Positions 21,135 through 29,958 of a stretch of 64,000 nt of DNA are shown here, one piece after another. The stretch is from an uncultured Holophagales bacterium. Lineage in GTDB: Bacteria; Acidobacteriota; Thermoanaerobaculia; Multivoradales; UBA5704. The stretch covers positions 72,511 to 136,510 of the forward strand of contig CAWJGT010000020.1 of NCBI GenBank assembly GCA_963842525.1, written 5' to 3'. Position numbers and translations under genes: made by a program. Below the pieces are notes generated by a model that was not told the origin of the DNA, made no database searches, and saw only the letters and a program-made list of their open reading frames with translations. The number at the start of each line of letters is the position of its first letter. Positions within the stretch are counted from its first letter, which is position 1.

Positions 21135-21899
21135 ATGAGCCAGCCAGCCGTCGCGGCACTCGCGCCTCTACCCTTCGAGCTCGTCTACAGCGACGGGGAA
21201 CCCTTGGAATCCGAGTGGCATGTTCACCAGTTGCCCCTCCTCTGGGAGGTGATCCGCCAGGCCATGGTGGAACAGGGACGAACCGACTTCTACATCGGCA
21301 CCAACATGTTCGTCTACTACTCCCTGGAGCAGGCGCGCGAGGTGGCGCGCGAGGTGGAGGAGAACCTGGAGCCCCGAGCCTTCCGCGGCCCGGACGTATT
21401 CTGGGCGGGCGGCGTTTCCGGGCACATGCGCAAGCTCTGGGCGGCATGGGAGGAAGGCGGGCGCTTGCCCGATGTGATCATCGAGCTGCTGTCGCCGTCC
21501 ACCGCGAGGAAAGACCGCACCGAGAAGAAGGATCTCTACGCCCGGGTCTTCCGGACGAAGGAGTACTTCATGGCGGACCCGGAGGCCCGGAAGCTGGAAG
21601 GGTTCGATCTGGCGGGCCGGGCCTATCGGGCGAAGATGCCTGCTGGGCAGGGATGGCTCTGGTGTGAGCAACTCGGGGCCTTCCTCGGATTCTGGCACGG
21701 TGTCTGGATGGGCGGCGAGGCCGACTGGGTCCGGCTGTTTCGTCCCGACGGCAGCCTGCTGCCGACAGAGGCCGAAGAGGAGCGGCAGAAGGCCGAAGCG
21801 GAGCGGCAGCGGGCCGATTCGGCGGATCAGCGTGCCGAGGCGGCGGAGGCAGAGCTCGCACGCCTGCGCGTTCTTCGAGCAGAGCGCGGCCGGGGATGA
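21135..21899 (+). CDS. Uma2 family PD-(D/E)XK endonuclease
   Basis: YSDGEPLES, FRGPDVF, PDVIIELLSPST, C-terminal AEAERQRA coiled coil. Confidence 0.9.
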   Translation: MSQPAVAALAPLPFELVYSDGEPLESEWHVHQLPLLWEVIRQAMVEQGRTDFYIGTNMFVYYSLEQAREVAREVEENLEPRAFRGPDVFWAGGVSGHMRKLWAAWEEGGRLPDVIIELLSPSTARKDRTEKKDLYARVFRTKEYFMADPEARKLEGFDLAGRAYRAKMPAGQGWLWCEQLGAFLGFWHGVWMGGEADWVRLFRPDGSLLPTEAEEERQKAEAERQRADSADQRAEAAEAELARLRVLRAERGRG

Positions 21900-21994
21900 T
21901 CTAGCTCAATCCCATGTTTGCGATCGTAGAGGCGAGTCGACGTCCTCCACCGCATGAGGCAGCGGCTCGAGAGGCACCTGAAAGGGCGGAACTG

Positions 21995-22436
21995 TGTCTT
22001 TATGCCAAAAGCCGTGGCGCTGGCTCTCCGCCACCTGTCTTTGCCGCTCTGCCATGAACGCAGGGCCAGAGGCTTTAGCCGTAGCTTCACTGCCATAGAT
22101 CTTTGGGCCAAAGACCATGGCGGAGAGCCAGAGGTTTTAGTCACAGCTTCACTGCCACGTGTCTTTGCGCCAAAGACCGTGGCGCTGGCTCTCCGCCACC
22201 TGTCTTTGCCGCTCTGCCATGAACGCAGGGCCAGAGGCTTTAGCCGTAGCTTCACTGCCATAGATCTTTGGGCCAAAGACCATGGCGGAGAGCCAGAGGC
22301 TTTAGTCACAGCTTCAATGCCACGTGTCTTTGCGCCAAAGACCGTGGCGCTGGCTCTCCGCCACCTGTCTTTGCCGCTCCGCCATGAACGCAGCGGCAGA
22401 GGCTTTAGCCGCAGCTTCACTGCCACATTTCTTTGC
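21995..22436. repeat. tandem repeat, 165-bp period, about 2.7 copies, with ~62-bp internal subrepeat and hairpins
   Basis: ccgtggcgctggctctccgccacc recurs at 22012, 22177, 22342; internal hairpin gccacgtgtctttgcgccaaagaccgtggc. Confidence 0.92.
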
Positions 22437-22800
22437 ATGAAAGGATAGCGAGCTCCAGGATGGACGTTGCGGGCCGCGAGGATCTTGCCGTCGTCCGCTG
22501 CCGCTGCCGGTTCTCCCTCTCCCGGTCGGTGGGGGGCAATAGGAGAGAGAGCCAGGGGGCGTGCATGAGGTCCACCGCGGATCAACCAAGGGTCTCCTGG
22601 CAGTCGACCGGTCCGTTCTCTCACTTGCCGCAGTCAGAGCGGGCGACCCAAATGGCGGTGTTTCGGGGATGTGGAGCGTCGGGTGCAGGGCGGGACGGTA
22701 CTTCAAGGGCGGGATCATCGCGGTCTTCTTCCGAGAGAAGCACGAGCGTCCGCTTCCGCCGAGAATCCTCTGGCACCTCAAAGGCCGGAAAGTCACCCCC

Positions 22801-22913
22801 TGGGACCGCGGGCGTCCCGCCCGCACAGGCTCCCAGCGACCGTTGTGTTGCCGGAAAGCCTGTGGCGGCCCCAAAGCCCGTGGAGGGCGGGCGAGACGCC
22901 CCGCGATCCCAGG
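22801..22913. repeat. REP-like inverted doublet (family B)
   Basis: tgggaccgcgggcgtcccgcccgc ... gggcgggcgagacgccccgcgatccca; related pair at 25538-25703. Confidence 0.65.
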
Positions 22914-23038
22914 GAAAAACAAGCTAGCTCATGCGCCCGGGGTGCCTTTCTGCTCCAGGAGCGCCTCCAGGTTCTGCAACGAGTGCCAGGCGATTCTCTG
23001 GCGATTCTCTGGATCTGTGGGGCCGACCGGGCAACCGG

Positions 23039-23100
23039 CCGGGTCTACCCGATTCTCCGGCGGCGTATTGCAGTGAAGTACGCCGCCGCGGTAAACCCGG
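23039..23100. terminator. long imperfect hairpin downstream of the TIR gene
   Basis: ccgggt...cggcggcgta/tacgccgccg...acccgg immediately after the stop at 23102; no clear U-tract. Confidence 0.35.
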
Positions 23101-23101
23101 A

Positions 23102-24679
23102 TTAGCGATAATTCTGATAGGATGGGAGTCTCGTCCAACGCGCCAGTCTGAGCTTGGGCAGGATCTGGGTCAACAGCTCCTCGATCTCGCGGGGCGGCTT
23201 CTCAAGCTGATTGGGATCTCTCGCCTTCACCCGGTCTCGATGGCGCTCGAGTTCGACCGCAGTCGCGAGAGCCGCATCCACCGCCTCCCTTTCCTCTTCG
23301 GGAACAAGGTCGGACAGCTCCTGGATCAACGCCTTGAACTGGTAAGAGCGGAGGGCTGGATAGAGGTCGGAGGGTTTGACGTCCGGGAACCAGAGCACGT
23401 TTTGGTATGTCGTCGGCGTCTGCCACCCGATCTGCTGGTTTTCATCGAGGGCACGCTCGAACGTCGCCAGGCGTGACGCGATCTCGCGATCGAGCGACTG
23501 GATCCTCGCGGTGTCGCCAGCGGCTTCGGCCGCTGGCGACCGCGCGACCGGCGTACTCTCTCCTCGCGAGAGCCGCGCCGCCCCGGTACCCTCTCTTTCC
23601 TCGCTCGTCGGGGAAGGTATCGCGCCGCTCGTTGCCCTGTCCTCCAGACCTTCGTCGCTCTCCTGCACGGGGGCGCTCGTGAGTTCGCGCATTCCTTCTG
23701 CTCGATTCGAGGCGCCTCTTCCGCGCCAGGTCGGCGCGGTCACAAGCAGCAGAGTCAAGAGCGCCAAGACGATCCCCATCGCAAGTAGAGCCTGCCGAAT
23801 CCGCCGCGGTCGTTCCCTTTCATGTCTCTCCTCGTCAGGCCTGGAGACGCTCCCCAGGACCTGCAAGAGCCGCACGAATTCCGGATAGGACCGGCTCCCG
23901 CTCCAGCCGCTCAGGTCGATGCTCGGGGCGCCACCGAATTCCGGTGGCAAGGCTACAGGCTCCACCTTGACACCAACCAGCTTCCTCCGCCCTAATGCCC
24001 ACTCAGCCTCGGCCCTGACCCAGTCGGACGCCAGTCCCCGGGGAGACCACAGGATCAGGACAGCTCCGGAAGATTCGAGGGCACGCTGGATTGAACTCTC
24101 GAACGATTCACCGACTGGGATCGAAAAGTCCCACCAGACCGGCAAGCCGCTCCTCTCGAGCGCTTGGACGAGAGCTTCCGCCCTGGCTCGGTCGTCGCGG
24201 GCATATCCCAGGAAGATGGGGTCTGCCGACGGCTTTGTCTCGAGGGGGATCAGGTCCGACTCGGCAGGTCTCTCCTGCAGGGGCTCTGTTCCCAGGTGCC
24301 GCCGTAGAGCGTCGAGGAGCCGCTGCAACTCGCCGTGATCCGTACTCGCGCCGGCCCATGTGGACAGATCGGCGTACTGGACCAGCCTGAAGGAGATCGG
24401 GACATGGGCGGGGCGGATCATGGCCGGAAAGAGCTTCCGGTGCTCCATCCCGAAGTCCGCTTCTGTCCTGACCCAGCGAGACTCGACGGAGTACGGCGAC
24501 CAGAGGGCCGTGATCGCCCTGGCGGCCGGGAGCTTCTCGTCGAGTACCTCGTCCCAGCTCTTGCCGATGGGAATAGCTCGATCCCAGAAGACCTCCCATC
24601 CCTCCCGACTGAAGACCTCAACGAGTCTTTCGGCCGTCGCCCGATCTTCGTTCGCGTAGCTCAAGAAAATATCTGGCAT
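23102..24679 (-). CDS. tandem TIR (TIR_2) domain membrane protein
   Basis: DIFLSYANED...WDRAI...WSPYSVESRWVRTEA and IFLGYARDD...WWDFSI...WS...SDWVRAEA, then a TM helix and an unknown C-terminal domain. Confidence 0.88.
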   Translation of the reverse strand: MPDIFLSYANEDRATAERLVEVFSREGWEVFWDRAIPIGKSWDEVLDEKLPAARAITALWSPYSVESRWVRTEADFGMEHRKLFPAMIRPAHVPISFRLVQYADLSTWAGASTDHGELQRLLDALRRHLGTEPLQERPAESDLIPLETKPSADPIFLGYARDDRARAEALVQALERSGLPVWWDFSIPVGESFESSIQRALESSGAVLILWSPRGLASDWVRAEAEWALGRRKLVGVKVEPVALPPEFGGAPSIDLSGWSGSRSYPEFVRLLQVLGSVSRPDEERHERERPRRIRQALLAMGIVLALLTLLLVTAPTWRGRGASNRAEGMRELTSAPVQESDEGLEDRATSGAIPSPTSEEREGTGAARLSRGESTPVARSPAAEAAGDTARIQSLDREIASRLATFERALDENQQIGWQTPTTYQNVLWFPDVKPSDLYPALRSYQFKALIQELSDLVPEEEREAVDAALATAVELERHRDRVKARDPNQLEKPPREIEELLTQILPKLRLARWTRLPSYQNYR

Positions 24680-24839
24680 ACGGGTTGCCGTTCGCGTATC
24701 TACCGGGCGCTGGCCACGCCCGGCGCGCCTGCTTTCCCGCGACATCCTCCCCTGTGGAGGTACAACCGCGGCAGTCGCCTGCCCCGAACGTCACTTGAGG
24801 AGAATCGTACACCCTCTCGACCATCAACCCTGCTACTTA

Positions 24840-25797
24840 GGGCTCGTCACGAAATAAGTGTCGCAGTTTCGGTCTTCCAAAGAAGCTCGCCAGCGATCCA
24901 GGAAGGTTCTCACCGCAGAGCCCGGTCTATCGTGTCATGCTGAACGGGAGTGTAGGATCTAGGGCGGGAAGCCGGCAGTCCTGCTGGTCCCGCGGACTGG
25001 TTCGACTCCCCGCGGTGGATGGAGCTGCTGCCGCGGTGGGCGTTGCCGCCGCCGCGGCAGCGGTTCGACTTCCCGCGGTGGCTGTAGCTGGTCCCGCGGT
25101 GGGCGTTGCCGCCGCCGCGGCAGCGGTTCGACTTCCCGCGGTGGCTGTAGCTGGTCCCGCGGCGGGCGTTGTCGCCGCCGCGGCAGCGGTTCGACTTCCC
25201 GCGGTGGCTGTAGCTGGTCCCGCGGTGGGCGTTGCCGCCGCCGCGGCAGCGGTTCGACTTCCCGCGGTGGCTGTAGCTGGTCCCGCGGCGGGCGTTGTCG
25301 CCGCCGCGGCAGCGGTTCGACTTCCCGCGGTGGCTGTAGCTGGTCCCGCGGTGGGCGTTGTCGCCGCCGCGGCAGCGGTTCGACTCCCCGCGGTGGCTGT
25401 AGCTGGTCCCGCGGCGGGCGTTGTCGCCGCCGCGGCAGCGGTTCGACTCCCTGCGGTGGCTGTAGCTGGTCCCGCGGTGGGCGTTGTCGCCGCCGCGGCA
25501 GCGGTTCGACTCGCGCAAGGGCCGAGCCATCGCCCACTGGGAGCGCCGGCGTCCCGCCGGCCCACAGTCCCCGCGGCTACGGCGACCGGCGATGGGCCTC
25601 CGCAGCCAGCCCGAACCCCCACCTCGCTTCCCGCCGTTCTTCCCAGAAGGCCGGGCTTTCGGCCCGCTGTCTTGATGATGCCGGCGAGACGCTGGCGCTC
25701 CTAGCGTCGCGCCGTACCTTTGGTGCAGTCGTCAGACGGCGTTGACTTCCCGGGGCGAGAGAGCCCGCAGATGAGACACTTATTTCGTGACGAGCCC
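24840..25797. mobile_element. non-autonomous MITE-like element, 958 bp
   Basis: Perfect 23-bp TIRs GGGCTCGTCACGAAATAAGTGTC (24840-24862; inverted at 25775-25797), TTA on both sides, no transposase inside. Confidence 0.8.
24999..25512. repeat. 63-bp tandem array, 8 full copies plus a partial copy (3 x 21-bp substructure with CCGCGG)
   Basis: ggttcgact recurs every 63 bp from 24999 to 25503. Confidence 0.96.
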
Positions 25798-25800
25798 TTA

Positions 25801-25902
25801 GTGCTCGGCACGAAACAAGTGTCTCAGACGCCAGTTTTTAGCGCTTTGTGGGGGTCTCGATCGAGAAATTCGGACATGAGACAGTTATTTTGTGCCGCGC
25901 AC
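25801..25902. mobile_element. 102-bp MITE related to the adjacent element
   Basis: 26-bp imperfect TIRs (22/26) gtgctcggcacgaaacaagtgtctca / tgagacagttattttgtgccgcgcac, TTA on both sides. Confidence 0.7.
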
Positions 25903-26061
25903 TTAGCTATAGCTAGAAGCTTCCTTCGGGCCAACTCCTCTTCGATCCGATCGGCGTGCCTCAGAGATAGGTGCCTGTGGATGCTCGGAGCCTGCGGCCA
26001 GCCTGTACTTACTCACCTGGACCTCTGAGTGAGCCCTTTGCAGGAGCTACAATCCCCGCCC

Positions 26062-28749
26062 ATGGAGCTCCTCACCACCCACATCAACGCCGACTTCGAC
26101 GCCGTTGCGGCGATGGTTGCGGCGTCGCGGCTCCATCCGGAGGCGGGCCTGTTCTTTCCGGGGTCGCGCGAGGAGTCGGTGCGCAGGATGCTGGAGAGCG
26201 GCTTGTTCGAGCTGCCGGAGCTGCAAGCGCAAGGACGTCGATCCCGGCGTCCTGACGCGCGTCATCCTCTGCGATGTCCGGCAGCGCGACCGGATCGGCG
26301 TGGTGGCGGATTGGCTTGCGGAGAATCCGGGGATCGAGGTCTGGGCCTACGACCATCATCCGGATTCGGATGAGGACATCCCCTTCCGCGGCGGCATTGT
26401 GGACCCGGAGGCGGGGTCGACGTCGACTCTGCTGGTGGAGGAGATGCGGCGCCGCGACATCTCCTGTACGAGCACCGAGGCGAGCCTGCTGCTGATGGGG
26501 CTCTACGAGGACACGGGCTCGCTCACCCATGCGACCACGGGTCCGCGCGACTTCATGGCCGCTCTCTGGCTTCTGGAGCACGGCGGCGACCTCGCCGCGG
26601 TCCGCCGCTTCGCGGCCCGCCCGCTCGATGCGCAGCACATCGACGTCCTCCACCGCATGATCCAGCGGCTGGAGGTCCACCGGCTCCGCGGCCACCGGGT
26701 CGGCCTGGTGGAGTTGGACCTGGGCGGCTACGTCGAAGAGCTGGCGCCGCTCGTCTCCCGCTGCCTGGAGACGTTCGAGCTGCCGCTGCTCTTCGCCCTG
26801 TTCGGCGAGGGGGAGGAGAACGATCGCGTGACCCTGATCGCCCGCGGCGAGCTTGAAGGGTTCGATCTCGGGCAGGCCCTGGCCGGCTTCGCGGAAGGGG
26901 GCGGAGGCCATGCCACGGCCGCCGCCGCGCGCCTGCGCGGACGGACCACGTTGGAGGTCCGCGAAGAGCTTCTCGAATATCTACGTCGCACTTTGCCCCC
27001 CGCAGCCCGTGCCCGCGACCTCATGATCTCGCCGTTCTTCGAGCTTCCCGCGGGGACCGCGGTCGATGACGCCAAAGGCCGCCTCAATACATGGCGGGTC
27101 AACGCTTCTCCTGTGATCGAGCCCACCGGACAGGCCATCGGGACCGTCACGCGGCAGCTCCTCGACGCTTCGATCCAGCATGGGCTGGGACAGCGGCCGG
27201 TCGAGACCGTGATGTCCCGCGACCTGGTGTGGGTCGACCCGGCCGCGCCGGCCGAGGAGGTGGGGGAGAGGATGCTCGCGCGCCATCCCCGGTTCGTGCT
27301 GGTCGGCGATCCCGCGTCGGGCCGTCCGATCGGGCTCGATCACCCGCATGCAGCTCCTGCGGCATCTGCACGGCCGCATGGCGACCTTCGAGGAGCGCCT
27401 CGACCGCCGGGCCGAGCAGCAGCGGGAAAAGCGGATGCGGGTCGCGGATCTCCTGGAGCAACGCCTGCCGCGAGCTCTTGAAGCGGCGGATCGAGCGGAT
27501 CGCCGCAGTCTCGCGCGAGACCGGCAGCCCCGTCTACCTGGTGGGTGGGCTGGTGCGCGACCTGCTGCTCGAGCGGGAGAACCGGGACCTCGACCTGGTG
27601 GTGGAGGGGGACGGCCTCGGCTTCGCCGCCCGGCTGGCCGAAGCCCTGGGGGGACGGGTGCGGGAGCACCAGGCCTTCCTCACCGCCGTGGTCGTCGACG
27701 CCGAGGGGTTCCATATCGACGTGGCCACGGCGCGCAGCGAGTTCTATCGCGCTCCGGCCGCGCTGCCGGAGGTGCAGATGTCGGCCCTCCGCCAGGACCT
27801 CTTCCGGCGCGACTTCACGATCAACACCCTGGCGATCCGGCTGGGGCCCGAGCCGGTCCCCGAGCTGATCGACTACTTCGGCGGCAGGAACGATCTCAAG
27901 GAGAAGACCCTGCGGGTGCTGCACAGCCTGTCCTTCATCGACGACCCCACGCGCGTCCTGCGTGCCGTGCGGCTGGAGCTGCGGCTGGGCTTCCGCATCT
28001 CGGCGGAGACCCTCCGTCTGATCGAGGTGGCGCTCGCCGAAGGGGTCTTCGATCACCTTTCGGGCGGCCGGCTCCGCGAGGAGCTGCAGCTCCTGCTCGA
28101 CGATCCGGCGCTCGCCTTGCGCGGGATCGAACGGCTGGGCGAGCTCGGCGTCCTGCGCGTCGTCCACCCGCGGCTCGAGATCGGCGACGCTGTCCGCGAA
28201 CGGCTGCGCGTCCGCGCGGGCGGCCTACGACTGGTACCAGCTCGAAGGGCTCGACCGATCCCCCGGTCGTCTCCTGGCGCCTGCTCCTGATGGCGCTGAC
28301 GCGCGACTTCGAGAGCGCGGACCTCGAACGGGTGGCCGATCGACTCCTGCTGGCAGGAGAGGACCGCCGGCTCCTGACGACCTTCCCACAGCGCCTGGCC
28401 CGGGCGCACGCGGTCCTCGGCGCTGGGGAGACTTCGGAAACCGTTCCGCCTCACCGCGCCGCCGAGGTGCTGGAGCCGCTGCGCGGCGAGGAGCTGCCTG
28501 CTCCTGATGGCCGAGGGAGACGAGGCGGTCCGCGCCTGGGTGCGCCGCGACCTGACCGAGCTGCGCCGGCTGGAGCTGCGCATCCGCGGCGCCGACCTGA
28601 TCGCCGCGGGCGTCGCGCCGGGACCGCGGATCGGCCGCGCCCTGGAGGCGACCCGGCGGGCCCGCCTCGACGGCCTCCTCGACGGACCCGAGGAGAGGCA
28701 GGCCGAGCTGGACTATGCTCTCTCCGTGGCAACGGAGACGACGGCGTGA
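26062..28749 (+). CDS. DHH-CBS-domain tRNA nucleotidyltransferase (A-adding/CCA type), several apparent frameshifts
   Basis: THINADFDA, YDHHP, GGGGHATAA, CBS pair, YLVGGLVRD...DLDLVVEG, DLFRRDFTIN, SFIDDPTR spread over frames (shifts near 26225, 27335, 27470, 28210, 28500). Confidence 0.88.
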
Positions 28750-29387
28750 AGACCCTCCTCGTGATGACCCTGGTTGTCCTGACGTCCCCGGCTCTGGGTG
28801 CGCCGGCCGACCCCCGCTCCCTGGAGGTTCTGCGGTACGACTGCGCCAGCGAGCTCGGACGGCGGGAGGTGACCCTGTTCGGCAACGGCACCATCCGCCT
28901 GCGCGAGGGTCCGCTGGGCAAGGAGCTGATGGGGCTGGCGGAGCTCAACCCGGACGAGCGGGAGGGCGCGGTGAACCGGCTGAAGGCCGAGGACCTGTCC
29001 GAGGCGAAGCAGCTGCCGAAAGGCCTCGAAGGGGCCTGGATCGAGAAGTGTATGCTGGCTCTCCAGCTTCCCGGCCAGCCGATTCAGGTGTTCCACTTCG
29101 GGCGCTATGACACCCTGCCGCTCGGGATCTCGCGGGTGGTCCAGGTCGCGCAGGACCTGGCCGCAAAGGTGCCGGCTCTTAAAGGGGACGAGGAGCTTCC
29201 GCACGACTACGAGCCGAAGGAGTGGGACGTGCTGAAGCGGGTCGACGGCTACCCCTACCGGGTCGTCGGCTTCACCTGGGACGGCCAGGGGATCGAGATG
29301 CTGGGGCTGGAGCAGCCGATCACGCTCTTCGTGCGCAAGGACCAGCTCCGCAACGAGTTCGTGGCCGTGCTGTCGAGAGGCCGGTGA
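28746..29387 (+). CDS. hypothetical secreted protein
   Basis: GTG start overlapping the previous stop, signal peptide, operonic spacing with rsmD. Confidence 0.65.
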   Translation: MKTLLVMTLVVLTSPALGAPADPRSLEVLRYDCASELGRREVTLFGNGTIRLREGPLGKELMGLAELNPDEREGAVNRLKAEDLSEAKQLPKGLEGAWIEKCMLALQLPGQPIQVFHFGRYDTLPLGISRVVQVAQDLAAKVPALKGDEELPHDYEPKEWDVLKRVDGYPYRVVGFTWDGQGIEMLGLEQPITLFVRKDQLRNEFVAVLSRGR

Positions 29388-29941
29388 AGCCGGGGGTCCG
29401 GGTCACCGGGGGGGCGCACCGCGGGCGCGGCCTCGCCGTGCCTCCAGGGGCGCGGCCGACCGAGGGGAGGGTCCGCGAGGCGCTCTTCTCGATCTGGGGC
29501 GACCGCCTGGAAGGTGCGCGGGTCCTCGACCTCTTCGCCGGCAGCGGCATCGTCGGCCTGGAGGCCCTGAGCCGGGGCGCGCTCTCGGCCCTCTGCGTCG
29601 ACGAGAGCCTGCGGGCGGTCCAGATGATGGAGCGCAACGCCGGGCTCCTCCAGGAGAAGGCCGCCGAAATCCGCCGCCTCACCCTGCCCGCCGGCCTGGC
29701 GCGTCTGGTCGCGGAAGGCGCCGGCCCGTTCGACCTCGTCTACATCGACCCCCCCTATAATTTCAATCTATATGACGAGCTGCTCGCCGCCCTGGCGCCA
29801 CTCCTGACGAAGCACGCCGAGGTGGTCGTCGAGCACTCCTCGCGGCGGGACATGCCGATCCAGGCAGGACCGCTGGTCCGGGTGGATGCGCGACGGTATG
29901 GGGAAGGCTCGCTGAGCTTCTATCGCTGGGAGCCAAGGTAG
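29384..29941 (+). CDS. rsmD: 16S rRNA m2G966 methyltransferase
   Basis: RPT..RVREALF, LDLFAGSG, DPPY, RYG motifs. Confidence 0.93.
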   Translation: MKPGVRVTGGAHRGRGLAVPPGARPTEGRVREALFSIWGDRLEGARVLDLFAGSGIVGLEALSRGALSALCVDESLRAVQMMERNAGLLQEKAAEIRRLTLPAGLARLVAEGAGPFDLVYIDPPYNFNLYDELLAALAPLLTKHAEVVVEHSSRRDMPIQAGPLVRVDARRYGEGSLSFYRWEPR

Positions 29942-29958
29942 GGGAGAATGGGGGGGCG

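Noticed and set aside
23039-23100. Integron attC site after the TIR gene
   Set aside because: No proper RYYYAAC/GTTRRRY boxes, single occurrence, and the recombinase at 60250 shows no IntI-specific insertion.
24999-25512. CRISPR array or tRNA gene cluster
   Set aside because: Pure tandem repeat without spacers; tRNA-like boxes lack an acceptor stem and anticodon arm.
21827-25704. Repeat-derived ORFs (21827-22624, 21954-22448, 24910-25704) as proteins
   Set aside because: Open frames arise from stop-free repeat units; no RBS or domain evidence, though translation cannot be excluded.
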